Both the position numbers and the translations under genes were made by a program. Below the pieces are notes generated by a model, which had not been told where the DNA came from, ran no database searches, and worked only from the letters and a program-made list of their open reading frames with translations. 64,000 bases of DNA from Octopus vulgaris. Lineage: Eukaryota. This document shows positions 40,630-54,479 of this stretch, one piece after another. Each line of letters starts with the position of its first letter. Position 1 is the stretch's first letter. The stretch covers positions 111,042,001 to 111,106,000 of the forward strand of contig OX597814.1 of the NCBI GenBank assembly GCA_951406725.2, in the 5' to 3' direction.

Positions 40630-43600
40630 TCATGGAGGCTTTCTAGCAACTGCTATTTGGTGCATGAGAGAGTTCGATGCAGCTGCCCTCATCTGCCCCT
40701 CCTGCCGTGAAGTTGGTTCATCTGGGACACCTGACAGGAAGAGATCCAGCTTCATTTTAAAGACATCTGTATCCACCCCATGCAGGTCTCTCAGGTTCTT
40801 CGGGAGGATATTGAAGAGCTGTGGGCCTCGGAAGCCCAGGCTATCACAGAATCTTGTCCTACATCTTGATGGCAGGTTTGGAGTCCTAGGCACCACGCAG
40901 TGGCACCCAGTTCTGGCATTTGCGTAACTCTCGATGCCAAAGTTCAGGACACTTCCCTCCAGGATCTTCCAGATGTATATTATGGCATATCTTTCCCGCC
41001 TACGCTCCAGGGAATATAATTTTAATCTCTTGAGTCTTTCCCAGTAGCTTACATTCTGCATAGAGGCTATCTTCTTTGTGTAGCTTCGTTGGATCGCCTC
41101 AAGTTCTGTGATCAACTTGACACTGGATGGTGACCATAGCTGAGAGCAATAGTCAAAGTGGCTTAGGACAAGTGTCTTCCAGAGGACCATCATGGTTTCT
41201 TGTTCTCTTGTTCTAAAGGTTCTAAGAATCCATCCAGCCAGCCGTCTACATTTCATTGTCAGTTTAGCAACATGTACATGAAAGGTCGCGTCATCACTCA
41301 TGTGAATACCCAGGTCACGCACTGATTGTGCCTCTGGGATTGCAATCCCTCCGGGTCCAGTGTATTCATTGGGTATTGCATTCAGTTTTGCATGCTGATA
41401 GTATAAAGCTTGAAACTTTCCAGCATTGAACTGCATGCTATTCTTTTCAGCCCACTTGTATATTTCGTCCAGCTCACATTGCAGGTGTTTAGTGTCCTCA
41501 GGGTTCTGTATTGCCTGTGAAACTTTTGTATCATCTGCATAACTTGTGATCGTGGCTCTCTGCGTGGCTGAGGGCATGTCTGAGAGGGCCATTATGAACA
41601 GTAGTGGTCCCAGAACAGTGCCCTGCGGAACACCGCTCACTATTTGTGTGTTAATGGAGGTGGCCCCATTGGCTACTACCACCTGACTTCTATCCTTCAG
41701 AAAGTCATGAAGCCATTCTCCCAGTTTTCCAACTATGTTGAGATCACGCAGTTTGTGACATATCATTCCATGATCGACTTTATCAAAGGCCTTTGCAAAG
41801 TCGAGATATATCACTTCCACATTTGAGTGGTTGAGCAGCCGTTTCAGCACCCAGTCATAGTGTTGTAGGAGCTGAGTTAAACAGCTTCTCCCTGGTCGGA
41901 AACCATGTTGGGTGTCGGGCAGCAAGTCATTCTCTTCAAGGAAGGTGATCAGCTTCCTTCTGACTATTCGTTCCATGACCTTGCTGATGTGTGAGGTCAG
42001 AGAGATAGGTCTATAGTTCTTGGCTTCCGCTCTGCTACCTCCTTTATGAATGGGGCATATTTTACCTTCCTTCAGTTTTCCTGGAAGTTTGCCAGCTGCA
42101 AGGAAGCTCTGAAAGAGGAACTGCAGTGGTCTTGCTAGGACTCTCTTACATGCTTTTAGGAGGATTGCCGGGAATCCATCGGGGCCAGTAGCTGAGTCTG
42201 TTTTCATTTCATCTATAGCCTTGGTTACATCGTCTTCCTTTATATCGATGTAATCTATCGTCGCCGCCTCTGATTTTATATCTGTAGTGGTAAAAAAGTC
42301 AGTTGGATTGGTGATTTGGAGATGCCCAAGGGGTGGAGTGAAAACACTCTTGAATTGCTCATTCAGTATTTCACTTACCCTCATTGGTTTTCCTGTAAGT
42401 GTGCCATCCTTTTCGAGGAGTGGCCCTATTCTACAGTGCACTGTAGCTGTTTCTTTGGCATACCTGTAGAAAGCTCTGGGGTTAGATTTTATGTTTTCTA
42501 TAGCCCAGGCTTCTTTGTCTGCTCTTTCTTTTTCATGGGAGAGTTGCAGACATTTTTCGATTTCCAACAGTTTTATTTTTAGGCGGGACTTTTCACTGCT
42601 TTCAATCTGTTTGTTTAGGCGATTTGAAAATTTCGTACGCCGTCTCATTAAGATTTTCCTCTCTCTGGGGATTTTGTTCTTGTGTACAGTGGCCTTTCTC
42701 TCTGGGACACATTTGTAGCATATGGCTTGCATTACAGACATGAATTGTTGAAGTTTCACGTCGATGTCTGGCGAGGAGAGACATTTAGGCCAGTTTTGTT
42801 TGAGGATCTCTTTCTCAATTTGTTTCCAGTTTGCCTTATGGTAGTTCAAGCTGGAAAGATTTTGAGGGTTTCTTGTAGGCTGCATGTCCGTGCTCTCTTT
42901 TGGCCCGTACATGGTCAACTCTATCATGTTGTGATCCGAGAGTAGTGTCGGTGTCACTTTCACATTATGGATGAGATCCATGTCATTTGTGAAGCAGAGA
43001 TCCAGTGTGTTACCTGCCCTGGTTGGTTGGAGTATTACCTGCTCCATGTACAGGGTGTTGATGAGGTTCAGGAGGGACCTCGCCTGTCCTCGTTCACATC
43101 TTGTCATTCCTGGGAGAGAAAGGCCCTCGGGCCATCTGACATTGGGCAGATTGAAGTCTCCCATAAGAAGCACACCTACGTGTTGTTCTAATGTGGTTAG
43201 AATTTCTTCTATTTTTATAAGGCAGTCTTCAAACTTGCCCACATGGCTTGGGGCATCTGGAGGGCGATATGTAGCACACACAACTACATCAAGTTGCCTA
43301 ATATGTACAATTAGTGTGTCACACACCGAGTTTGAGTATGACAAGAGGACCTGGGGTGTGAGGTCCTCACGGATGTACATAGCAACACCTCCATGACTCC
43401 TTTCTTTCCTGTCGGTCCGTAGTACAGCATACTGTGGTATGTGTAACTCCGCATCTGCTATGTCCGGTTTCAGGTGCGTTTCTGTAAGTGCTATGCATAA
43501 GGCTTGATTGCATGCAACAAAGTCTCTCAGGAACGGGATCTTTGTCCTGTTACTGAGTGTTTGCAGTCCTCTGATGTTCAGTAGGAGTATCGAGGTGAGG

Positions 43601-43734
43601 TGTACGTTGTTGCCGGCGGTGTCCATCCTGTGTCTGTTTGCTGTGGTGGTCTGGTATATAGTGGGTAGTCCCACCTGCGGGCTTGGGTTTGATGAAGCCA
43701 GGTCAGCTGCTGTACAATCTTTTGTGCCATACAC
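40630..43734 (-). CDS. LINE ORF2: AP endonuclease plus reverse transcriptase (first in-frame ATG at 43626)
   Basis: APE motifs LLNIRGL, LTETHL, YRPP, MGDFN, LDLCF, SDH. RT motifs [49 protein letters not shown]. No stop over 1034 codons. Confidence 0.95.
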   Translation of the reverse strand: MYGTKDCTAADLASSNPSPQVGLPTIYQTTTANRHRMDTAGNNVHLTSILLLNIRGLQTLSNRTKIPFLRDFVACNQALCIALTETHLKPDIADAELHIPQYAVLRTDRKERSHGGVAMYIREDLTPQVLLSYSNSVCDTLIVHIRQLDVVVCATYRPPDAPSHVGKFEDCLIKIEEILTTLEQHVGVLLMGDFNLPNVRWPEGLSLPGMTRCERGQARSLLNLINTLYMEQVILQPTRAGNTLDLCFTNDMDLIHNVKVTPTLLSDHNMIELTMYGPKESTDMQPTRNPQNLSSLNYHKANWKQIEKEILKQNWPKCLSSPDIDVKLQQFMSVMQAICYKCVPERKATVHKNKIPRERKILMRRRTKFSNRLNKQIESSEKSRLKIKLLEIEKCLQLSHEKERADKEAWAIENIKSNPRAFYRYAKETATVHCRIGPLLEKDGTLTGKPMRVSEILNEQFKSVFTPPLGHLQITNPTDFFTTTDIKSEAATIDYIDIKEDDVTKAIDEMKTDSATGPDGFPAILLKACKRVLARPLQFLFQSFLAAGKLPGKLKEGKICPIHKGGSRAEAKNYRPISLTSHISKVMERIVRRKLITFLEENDLLPDTQHGFRPGRSCLTQLLQHYDWVLKRLLNHSNVEVIYLDFAKAFDKVDHGMICHKLRDLNIVGKLGEWLHDFLKDRSQVVVANGATSINTQIVSGVPQGTVLGPLLFIMALSDMPSATQRATITSYADDTKVSQAIQNPEDTKHLQCELDEIYKWAEKNSMQFNAGKFQALYYQHAKLNAIPNEYTGPGGIAIPEAQSVRDLGIHMSDDATFHVHVAKLTMKCRRLAGWILRTFRTREQETMMVLWKTLVLSHFDYCSQLWSPSSVKLITELEAIQRSYTKKIASMQNVSYWERLKRLKLYSLERRRERYAIIYIWKILEGSVLNFGIESYANARTGCHCVVPRTPNLPSRCRTRFCDSLGFRGPQLFNILPKNLRDLHGVDTDVFKMKLDLFLSGVPDEPTSRQEGQMRAAASNSLMHQIAVARKPP

Positions 43735-44228
43735 AAAAAAGATTGTTGCTCAGCAGCTGCTCTTTCGACAACATCATGTTGGCTGTTTGTGGCGCGCACA
43801 ACATCTGCGTACCTCCGCTTTGGGGCAGGTGGTGCGTGGTCCATCCCTTTTCTTTGTGTTGATGGTTTGTCCATCTGCCTCGTGTCTCTGTGGCAGGGTC
43901 CCCGATGTGCAAAGCAGCAGCCTGCACCTTCCTTTCCATGCCAGCAGGAACCTCTCAGGTAGAACATACACACCCGTGTGTGCTGTTTGGTTCCATCCTT
44001 TGCGGTTCCACTTCTATTTCTGGTTGTTTCACTCTTTGGTCCTGCTTGAGCTTTTTCTTTTCCTTTAGCTCTTCCAGTCCTTCTTTTAGTTCTTCTTCCT
44101 CCCTCTACCTCTTCACCGGGTTCTCCGTCTCCATGGCCCTTGCTGCCGGTTGGAGAACTTGCACCTGGGTTCACTTCCCGGGCAGGTTTCTCATTCAAAA
44201 CCTCCTCCCGGGCGTCCACCAGGTGGTG
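43578..44228 (-). CDS. LINE ORF1 C-terminal part with a CCCH zinc finger (5'-truncated)
   Basis: Open frame with a basic tract ([15 protein letters not shown]) and [22 protein letters not shown] (C-x7-C-x8-C-x3-H); overlaps the ORF2 start in another frame. Confidence 0.65.
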   Translation of the reverse strand, partial: HHLVDAREEVLNEKPAREVNPGASSPTGSKGHGDGEPGEEVEGGRRTKRRTGRAKGKEKAQAGPKSETTRNRSGTAKDGTKQHTRVCMFYLRGSCWHGKEGAGCCFAHRGPCHRDTRQMDKPSTQRKGMDHAPPAPKRRYADVVRATNSQHDVVERAAAEQQSFLCMAQKIVQQLTWLHQTQARRWDYPLYTRPPQQTDTGWTPPATTYTSPRYSY

Positions 44229-44895
<667 letters not shown>

Positions 44896-44896
<1 letters not shown>

Positions 44897-45607
44897 TCGA
44901 ATATAAATTAGAAGCAGCTTGAGGTATATAAACAAAATCAAACACACATACATAAGGTGTGTGTGTTGTTAATTTGTGGGATGGTTGTATTTTAGGTGCA
45001 AGAGAATATATTCTCAATGTGCCTGGTGTCAAATACACCTGAAAGTAAGTCATAGGCAAGCAAGTCAACTCACATCAGGTCCCCTCCCAGAGGGGCAGAC
45101 ATCAATGTTTCGTCGTCATTTTGACTTATCAATGCCACATACCAAACAAAGCATACTGCAAGCTATATTGCTGACTATGACTATATGCTAAATGGTTTAA
45201 AACCCATCTGCTGCCATGTATCAATGTTTCATGCCATGGAAAAAAATTCAAATATGAATTAGAAGCAGCTTCAGATATATAAAACAAATCGAACTCACAT
45301 ACACAAGGTATGTGTGTTGTTAGTTCATCGTTGGCTGTGTTTAAGGCATAAAAGAATATATTCTTAATGTGTTTGGTGTTAAAAACATGTGAAAGTAAGT
45401 CATAGGCAAGTGAGTCAACTCACATCAGGCCCCTTCCCAGAGTGACAGACATCAATATTTCGTCATTGTTGTGACTTTCTGATGCCACTTACAGAACAAG
45501 ATTTGCTGCAAGTTTTTCCGAATTTTTTCCACAGCACAAAACTTTGGGGCATGCCAGCAGATGGTTTTTAAATCATTTATCATATAGTCATAGTCAGTAA
45601 TATAGCT
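44896..45607. mobile_element. Tandem plus inverted repeat structure resembling Penelope-like pseudo-LTRs
   Basis: 44896-45162 is repeated at 45247-45512 (period ~351 bp); the intervening 45161-45250 recurs inverted at 45515-45607. Confidence 0.6.
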
Positions 45608-46844
45608 GGGAGGATCATGGAAGCAGAGTCCTTGTATATTTAAAATATAATTCCTGCCAAATGTGTTGAGTGCTACTTTATCATTTGTTCACCTACGTGC
45701 ATATACATTTTCTGCTTAGTCTTTATTTAACACATTCCACTCACAAGGTATTGGTTAACCTAAGACTATAGCAGAAGATACTTGTCTTAGTTGCCATGCA
45801 GTGGGATTGAAGCTGGAATTAAAGCAAACTTTAGATAGCTCTGCCAGAATACAAATTATATTAAGAATACAAATTATATCGATTTCCTGTATAGGCATGT
45901 TTCACGTTTATGGCTGAGAAGAAATGAGATTTGGTGACAGCCATTCTCTCCCTAAATGCTTTAGCAATCTAAATAAAAAGACTACAACTAGAGAATGAAA
46001 ATAGCTTGTGACTTTAGTTGGCTGGGAGTTTACTTTAGAAATATTTTTATAATAGATATAATCGCAAATGCTTTTGAAGTTCCTACAATAGCTTAACACT
46101 CCATCCACATACATAAGTTTGGGAAACAGGTTTTTTTCTCAGATGAAGTGAAAATCAAATAAAAATCAGTTATATAACAGACCCACTATAATATAGAGAT
46201 ACACTGTATTATAGAGAGAAGGAGGAATAATAAAATACAATAGAGATAAAAATACTTGTATAAATAGCAACTACTATTCATATAATAAAAGCAAACAAAA
46301 ACTATTTTTCTAAATTCAGAAAAAAGGAGTTTTATAGTTTTATGACACTAAGTTGTTAATGATCATACCAACAAACTAACCCTTTCTTCCTTGCAAACTA
46401 GTATTCCTACCATTGACATTCATTGTAATTTGTATTGTTGTGTATTGACTTTATATTCCTACAATTACATTGTTGTTTAACAAACAGTTTAATAATATCC
46501 TGCTACATCAAAATATAAAAATATATTACAAAAAAAAATTTAATACAAATTAGGAATACATATTACTTTTTTGATCCTCAGTATCACTTCACCTATATTC
46601 ACTCCCCACTATACCTCGGGGGTGGGGGGTATGTCCCAACACCTCTCTACCACCATCTCTCACTATCTTTCTAATTGTCTTTATCTTTCTGTCAACCTAT
46701 CTCTCTTCTTTCTTGTTAAACAGGGGTATCCAAGTATCTCCTTTACAACAAGACTTATGTCTATCCCTCTCATACTTTATCTCAAATCAACTGCCACAAA
46801 GCTACCTTCCTCAACACTATTCTCCCCCTCCACCCAGTTGAGGA

Positions 46845-47045
46845 GATTTTGTCATGCAAATTACTAGGTGACCCCACCAATGCTTGTGCCATGAAAAAAA
46901 GTACCCAGTACACACTGTAAAGGAAGAGCATCCAGCTATAGAAACCATACCAAATCAGACAATAGAGCTTGGCACTGCTCCCTGACTTGCCAGCTTGTCA
47001 TAACCATCTAACCTATGCCAGCATGGAAAATGGACGTTAAACATT
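46845..47045 (+). mobile_element. Family C (RTE-tail) element
   Basis: aaaaaagtacccagtacac...catccagctatagaaacc...cctatgccagcatggaaaatggacgttaa. Confidence 0.7.
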
Positions 47046-47518
47046 GATTTTTATGTTTGTATATCTCTTTATCCAACATTGTATACAAACCCAAGTGTTG
47101 TACTGAAGAAGCTGGGCCCCAACTCCAACACATCAGTATTTGATTCCAACTGGAGCCCAGTGCATCTGCCTTAAGATAACTCTAATCGTGACATACAGCA
47201 AATTTTGTACATCTAAGCCTTGGGGAGCCATCCCTCTTAAAGTGTAACCACAACTGATTTCTTCTAGAGAGAGGGAAAAAGAGAGATAAGTATCACTAGT
47301 AATTTATTGATCTCAAAAGGGTGAAAAGCAAATTCAAAGTTGGAATGATTTGAACTCAGAACACAGAGAACCAAAACATGTTTGTGTGTGCACAACATGG
47401 ACTCAAGAATGGAGAATATCATAATTTTATTTGATGATTACACCATACAAGTGAAGTTCGCTTGACTGAGTGCTTTCTAGATATCTGTCTGGATTTACTA
47501 ATCCTTTTTACATCATTT

Positions 47519-47554
<36 letters not shown>

Positions 47555-47629
47555 GGAGCATAGCAAGTGACCTGATCTAAGATCGTGTGTTGAAACAAAA
47601 ACAATTGCAGCTTGGAAGGTGTTTATAAC

Positions 47630-47820
47630 CCATTTAAAAACATACAAAAACCGTTAGATTCACTTCAACATTTAAATTTAATTTTCCAAAATATTTTTTG
47701 TCACTTTGAGACCGAGAGCAGGTCAGTGAATAGGTCGCAGTCTCAAAGTGACAGAAATATTTTGGAAAATTAAATTTAAATGTTGAAGTGAATCTAACGG
47801 TTTTTGTATGTTTTTAAATG

Positions 47821-47821
<1 letters not shown>
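47630..47821. repeat. Near-perfect foldback: ~83-bp arms with a 27-nt loop
   Basis: 47630-47712 is the reverse complement of 47740-47821 apart from about one mismatch/indel; sits between TA arrays. Confidence 0.9.
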
Positions 47822-47857
<36 letters not shown>

Positions 47858-48012
47858 GGCACAGGAGTGGCTGTGTGGTAAGTAGCTTGCTTACCAACCA
47901 TATGGTTCCAGGTTCAGTCCCACTGCATGGCACTTTAGGCAAGTGTCTTTACTATAGCCATGAGTCAATCAAAGCCTTGTGAGTAGAAACTGAAACTGAA
48001 AGAAGCCCATTG

Positions 48013-48050
<38 letters not shown>

Positions 48051-48245
48051 TGTGTGTCTGTGTTTGTCCCCCCCCCCCATCACTTGACAATCGATGTTGG
48101 CATGTTTATGTCCCCGTAACTTAGTGGTTTGACAAGAGACCGATAGAAGTCGTACTAGGCTTACAAAGAATAAGTCCTGGGGTTGATATGTTTGACTAAA
48201 GGTGGTGCTCCAGCATGGCCGCAGTCAAATGACTGAAACAAATAA
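47858..48245 (+). mobile_element. Full-length tRNA-derived SINE family A
   Basis: A-box-like tggctgtgtggtaag, B-box-like ggttcagtccc, body gcaagtgtctttactatagcc, internal (TA)n, 3' end ggtggtgctccagcatggccgcagtcaaatgactgaaac. Confidence 0.85.
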
Positions 48246-48409
48246 CCACCATCATTTGACAATCAATGACTGAAACAAATAAAAGAACACACACACACAC
48301 AGATACCTATGTTGATAGAAAGATAGAAAACAATGTGGGCAGATGAACGCTGAGGCCACTGAAATCATCTAACAGTTCCTACCTAGCCTTATTATCACAA
48401 TGGATATGA

Positions 48410-48632
48410 GGATAGTGAGCTAGCAGAATTGCTAGGGCATTAGACAAAATGTTTAGAAGCATTTCTTCCAGTTCTGTGCATTCTGACTTTGAATTCTGTC
48501 AAGGTCAACTTTGCCTTTCATCCTTTCATAGTTGATAAAATAAGCATCAGTGATATACTGGGGTTGATGATATTGGCTAATCCCTTCCTCTTAAAGATTT
48601 CTGACCTTGTGCCTAAATTAGAAAACATTATC
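48410..48632 (+). mobile_element. SINE family B copy
   Basis: gtgagctagcagaattgctag...aaggtcaactttgcctttcatcctttc...gataaaataag. Confidence 0.7.
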
Positions 48633-49794
48633 AAAATAGCTATGCACTTGTTCCACACTGGCAGTTTTTGTTTATCCCTTGATCAAGGAGGCCTATAATC
48701 AAAAACCTTCAAAGAATGGTCATCATCACTGTTTTCTCCCTCAAGAATAGTGCACCCAGTCAACATTGGCCAATATGTTCTTTTTAAAACTGGTAGGTTA
48801 TAGCTTGAGAAAAATTTAGCTGTTATTTCTAACAGGCTAAGCAACCTTGTAGAGGGTCTCTCTATAGCTTAGTGCAGTAAGGTGATGGTAGTTGGTGCAA
48901 AGTCACATAGTCAGAAATTTACTTACATTTTGTAGCAAAAGTTTCAGTCAAGAAGTGATCTGGCAATGAATATGTAAAGAGATTCCTGTTCATTAGTTAC
49001 AAATCTGATTTGCAGTTACAATTAATATAGAATACTTCCATTTGCATCAGTTCTTTTATTTTGTTTGTTTATTTTTTATATTAGTATGTTTTCCAGAATC
49101 ACATTGAAAAGGATATGATTAATATTCAGTTTCAAAAACAAAATACCCCTCTTGTTTCCCAATATCCTACAGCCATACAATACCCAACTGAATTCTAAAA
49201 TTGTGTAAACCATTATGGATCTTAGTTATAATGTTATTAGCATTGTTTTCATGATTAATCTGGTGGTTATTGATAAAACAAAAATGAAATGATACTACCA
49301 CAATACTTCATAATCATCATCTATGACATTTGAAGTTTTTATTAGTTGACCTAAAGAAAAACACTGCCCAGAGTCTATCAAGGCTTCTCATACAAGCAGG
49401 CTGTGTGCTTCAGAAGTCCAGTTTGCAAACACGAGTTTTTGGATTCAATCCCAATGACACCTTGCAAAGCAAGTGCCTGTTATCAAAGTCTTGGATCAAT
49501 GAAATCCTTGATGGAAACTATATGGAAGTTCAATAGTGAGATCACTCCTGTTCTTGAGAGGTAGACTTAATCCACTGCCTTGTTTAAGAGTACCAACTGG
49601 CCCCTAGGTACCTAGAGTGGATCCACAATATTGCAAGCATTTGGCCCACATCTTTCTTTGCTCTGAAGATCTTTTCCTTTTCTATCAGTCACAAATGTTC
49701 TAACGAGATAAAGGGCACTGCCCCCCCCCCCTAAATAAGCCATTAAAAAAAAACCAATGGGTGAGTAAATATAATTAATACTTAGTTTAAATTA

Positions 49795-49998
49795 AGGTAG
49801 CAAGCTGGCAGGATTATTAGCATGCCAGGCAAAATGCTCTGTCTTTACCTTCTGAGTTCAGTTCCAGCTGAGGTTGACTTTTCCTTTCATCCTTTTGGGA
49901 TTGATAAAATAAGCACCAGTTGAGTATTGGGGTCAATGTGATTGACTGACCCTTCCCCCGAACTTTCTGGTGTTGTGCCAAAATTTGAAATCAATATT
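49795..49998 (+). mobile_element. SINE family B copy
   Basis: gcaagctggcaggattattagcatgccaggc...tgagttcag...gaggttgacttttcctttcatcc. Confidence 0.75.
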
Positions 49999-51623
49999 TA
50001 ATTAAAATTTTTCCAGGATTGAAAGGAAAACATGGACAAGGATTAATGTTTCAGAGGTGTTCAGTTTAGCGAAAGAATGACTGGAGAAGAAAAAAAATGG
50101 AAATACTTAACTTTCTACTTATATTGTCATTTAAAATTAAAGGAACCTTTTTATAAACAAACTGGATTCTTTATTAGCAAGCCTAAACTACTACTACATC
50201 TTTTATGTACTGTTTAGCTATATTCTCCCCCACCACAAAAAAATAAAATTTTGACAACATATGTTAGTAGCTGATGAGAGCTTTCAAAGTCACACCACTA
50301 ATTCTTTGCTTATGTTCATCCCAGTCCCTTCAAACTCATTTTTGAGAGGATTCTGTCTTTTTCTATAACAATCTGAATGTTGACATACAGAATTTTGTAG
50401 GAAAGGATTAAAAGAAGTAGAAAGTAGATACCAGCAAAACAATCTTTCATGGCTACCCACCATAGCAAATGTATTACTAATTGCAAATTTCTCCAAGCAG
50501 CTTTGTATATTAGTCTCAAACTACTAAACCAGGTATTTATCATAAAACTCATTCATAAGGCTATCAAAGCTTTCTTAAATCAATAAAGGCATGATACAAT
50601 TAACATTTTTTCTCTTGCTAATCCCCTTCAAAGTTTCACAAAGAATATGCACACACATTATGATAACCAATAGCATTTCTTTCAATCCACCTTTCAATAA
50701 CACTTTCTATTTAATTGCTATATCAATCCCAGTCAATTATAATTAACTTATCCTTTCTGGATACTTTTTTCTTTATAACAATGGACATTGTTGATATACC
50801 AGTCATTGGAAGTAACAGATTAGTTTATTATGAGTAAAAGAGACATGTAAATATTAGTGTCAGTCTTTCCAAAGTAGCCTCCTTATTTTCGCAGAACTCA
50901 ATTTTTAAATGCTAATTTGTATTTGACTGATGACTATTTGAGTAGTTCACAAATGTCTAGATGTGGTTTTTTTAAATTCTTTTTATTTCTATAGTTCTGC
51001 TAAATACACCCATATTTACTTTTGTAAACTAATTCTAATTTTATTGGCTATATGACTGGTTAGTAGAACATTACAATCTATCTACACTCACCATCCTCCA
51101 GCTTTCCCTGTTTCATTGCTTTTATCTATTTTGTGTACATTATTTGCTGTATGTTTTCTTCAAATTTTATGTTTCTTTTGAGTTTTCATTATATTGTAAC
51201 CTATAACAGATTAAGATATGTTAACATGCTGAATGTCTCACTTCTACCTAATGGCCTAATAATACAGAGTTAGCTTTCCTTTCTGCTACCGCAAAAAAAT
51301 AGAATTACAGTACACCAACTAATTTGATCCAAATCATTTAAAACTCATTAGTATTTCACTAAATCTGTCAATAAAAATGGAAGTGAATGGTGTTAAAGAA
51401 ACAACTGAGATAGAATATGAAAATAATCATAAAAACATACAAAAATCAAACCTTTTTATTATTAAATAGGACACCTTTTAGTGGGATATCCATTCATTAA
51501 ATTCTCATCAACATACTGCTTTAGTTTTTGAAAAGGGGCACACCAACAGTTACTGGACAGATTTGATATCTTAAAAAAGTTTCTAGGTAGCAAACAGATC
51601 ACCATTTATCACTGGCATGTTAA

Positions 51624-51815
51624 TCATCATCATCATCATTTAATGTCTGTTGTCCATGCTGGCATAAGTTAAATGGTTTGACTGGGCTGGCATGCTGGAA
51701 GACTGCATCAGACTCCAGTCCGATTTGGCATGGTTTTCTACAGCTGGATGCCCTTCCTAATGCCAACTATTCCAAGAGTGTAATGAATCCTTGTATGTGC
51801 CACCAGCACCAGAGC
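51624..51815 (-). mobile_element. Family C (RTE-tail) element
   Basis: catcatcatcatttaatgtctgttgtccatgctggc...ctggatgcccttcctaatgccaac. Confidence 0.8.
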
Positions 51816-51998
51816 GCATGCCATATGTAGAATCCAAAGTTTAAAACTTTGCTTAAAGAGTCAAAAGTCCTAGTTAAGTATAGCGGAAATGTAAGTTGAA
51901 ATCTGTTAGTTGAGGGAAGTATGATAGTTGAATGGGTAGGATACTAGTCTTTCAACTCTAAGCAAAGTTTTAAATTATGGATTCTACATATGGCATGC
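51816..51998. mobile_element. 183-bp MITE-like element with ~55-bp TIRs
   Basis: gcatgccatatgtagaatccaaagtttaaaactttgctta ... taagcaaagttttaaattatggattctacatatggcatgc. Confidence 0.75.
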
Positions 51999-52899
51999 TA
52001 ATAATTTTGTCTTTCTAACATCTGGAAACAGGAGAAAATCACACTATAATAAGTTATACATAAATGTCCTTATTTGTAGAAGCTGATGGAGAAAAAAAAG
52101 TATGATTGCGATCATCATTTCTTTAATGTAGCTTTCCATGTTTCAATTTTAGATCTTCCTTTGCAGTCTAACAGTCTAAAGTTTCATCTAACCACTTCAT
52201 CTAACTGTTTTATGTGAGGCCTCATAATCTGAGTTTCTTTCACAAAATCTATAAACTTATAATATTGCTCAGACTGTATTTTCTGGCTTCAGGCTAGGAA
52301 AATATTTCGGAGGACCTACATTAGATAACAGTTACATAACTGTGATGATGCACCTGCTACACACACCTGTTTAATGTTGCACAAACAAAAAGTCACCTGC
52401 TTAAAAGGTATACTTTCACTCACCAACATGCTACAATAACTGCTAGCACAAAGATGCATTGTAGCCATCTTTTGTTCAGTCTACTGCTATTACAATAATT
52501 TTTGCTCCACTAAATAAACAAGCTGAGAACCACTCCCTGCCAATGAACATACAATGCATTCGCCTCTCTACTTATTAGTATTGTATCTCTGCCTATCACC
52601 ACCAGCAAAAAGAAGAAAAAAAACGTATCATATGTGTCACCTAAACTTTCCTTCCTAAACTGTACTATACAGACATATTCTGCAAATATTTTTTTCGTAA
52701 CATCAGTTTACAGAAGTTCAAGCTAAATATTAACTTCATTGAATTTGTCTGCAAAATGCAGGAAAGACTATGGGCAGACTTTTTTTTTTATACAATTTTG
52801 TGCCAAACAAGGCTTGAGGCCATTGTACCATAAGAGACTACAAATAAGGAAAAGGAGGGATTTACAAATTCACTGATTGACAAAGCATAAAGGACTGAA

Positions 52900-53260
52900 T
52901 ATCAGTCCTAAGGAAAACAAGTACGGGTAATGAGTTTCAGAGACCAATTGTTTGAAAAATGAAGCAACTAGAAGAAAAGAACATGATTAACAGAAAGTTC
53001 CACAAAGAAATGATGCACTTGGGAAGAGAAGCAGGTGACATATTCAAAGGTATTAATAGAGGCTGCTACACCAGAAAGTTTATCAAACTATGGAAATAAT
53101 TATGTTTCAAGCTTGTAGAAAGAAGTGGAACCACTAGGTTAACTCAATTCTGAATTCAATCAACCAAATTGAGACACTCGGAAGAGGTACTAGTCCAAAG
53201 ATGACAGCAATATTCAATGCAGTCATATAGAGATATATTTGTAAGCACAGAAAAGTTTTT
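52900..53260 (-). mobile_element. Ancient CR1/L2-group LINE 3' remnant
   Basis: Minus-strand translation LYDCIEYCCHLWTSTSSECLNLVD*IQN resembles the RP.lEYc..vW motif. Confidence 0.55.
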
Positions 53261-54479
53261 AAAAATCTTAACTCCACTCTGAACCTTGTGCACATTCAAC
53301 TAATACACTGAGGTACTTTTACTATTATACATACATCCCCCATTTATAGGCAACAAATTAACGGAATTGCTAAGTGCCAGAATACCTTGCAATATTTCTA
53401 ATTCTTTGTACTCAAAGTTCAGATTCCATTGAGAAATTCAAATCCCATTAATACCTGTGTCATCACTCCTCATGCACTGAGAGAAGGTGTAAAGGAAGAC
53501 TCCCAACAGATTGTGACACAAACATCTCTGCAATTAGACAGGCATCTCATCATCTCAATATCATTATGCCATGGATACAGGGGCTTTGCAGACTAAGCAC
53601 TATGATGACTGAACTTTTTACCCTTTCTCCAAACTAATCAAATTCATAAATGGTCCCAGGTTTCAAACACCTTTGAAACATTCTTGACAATAAAGAAAAG
53701 CTGTTGATGTATCCTCTATTTGTAATGTTTTTATACTTGTGAAGCTATCTTGCAATATTGACAAATCTCTTTAATACTTTTATTCATTTTATCTCTCAGG
53801 TTTGTTTCACAGATTAAAAAAAAAAAAAAACTTGCTTATTGTTCTGTGTTTACTGTTAGATCTATTTCCCTGGTTATCAATCTGCACTCATCACACACAC
53901 ACTTATAAAACATATATAAGCTCTTGATACATAGTGCTACCTTATTGCAAGCTTAATGGATGGAAATAGCTCTGACAAGTTTCAATGCCATTATAGTGAA
54001 ATAACTGTTACTGTAATATCACTCATCAACAATGTTGTTAATCTACACCAAGGAGATAAGCAAAGTCAACATAGACAAGATATTGACAACTAAGCTATAG
54101 GCTCCAAAGTTATTAAAACTATCAGCATTAATGTTGATACTTTGCCTCTATTACAATAAATCTTTCTCTTTAATCTTAAATCTTTATTCTTTATCTGATA
54201 TTTATTTAGTATCTCAACAGCCAGATTAGTAGACGGGTTGCATTTAATATGGCATAAAGAATAATATCCCACCTTGTTTTTTATTTACTTGAAATCACCC
54301 AAGGAAGGCCCACTGGTTACTTCTAGGTAAAGGGTTAACAGAAAGAAGGAGTAGCATTAATACCACAGTAAGTATAATGCAGAGAAGTTCAAATGATCTG
54401 AAATGTAAGATCTTTTCTACCACAAAGACTATATATGTATGCATTTAGATTATTTAATTGAAATATGATGAGATGGTAA

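Larger units (their letters stand above)
40541..44228 (-). mobile_element. Near-intact, 5'-truncated CR1/L2-group LINE inserted in a TA/CA microsatellite
   Basis: Partial ORF1, complete ORF2, short 3' UTR with a stem-loop, and an (AATC)n tail at 40541-40561. Confidence 0.95.

Noticed and set aside
42287-44068. Plus-strand ORFs overlapping the LINE
   Set aside because: Antisense shadow ORFs of a GC-richer coding sequence.
40541-44228. Link to the active L1 element in human TTC28 intron 1
   Set aside because: Different LINE clade and no homology; large introns accumulate LINEs independently.
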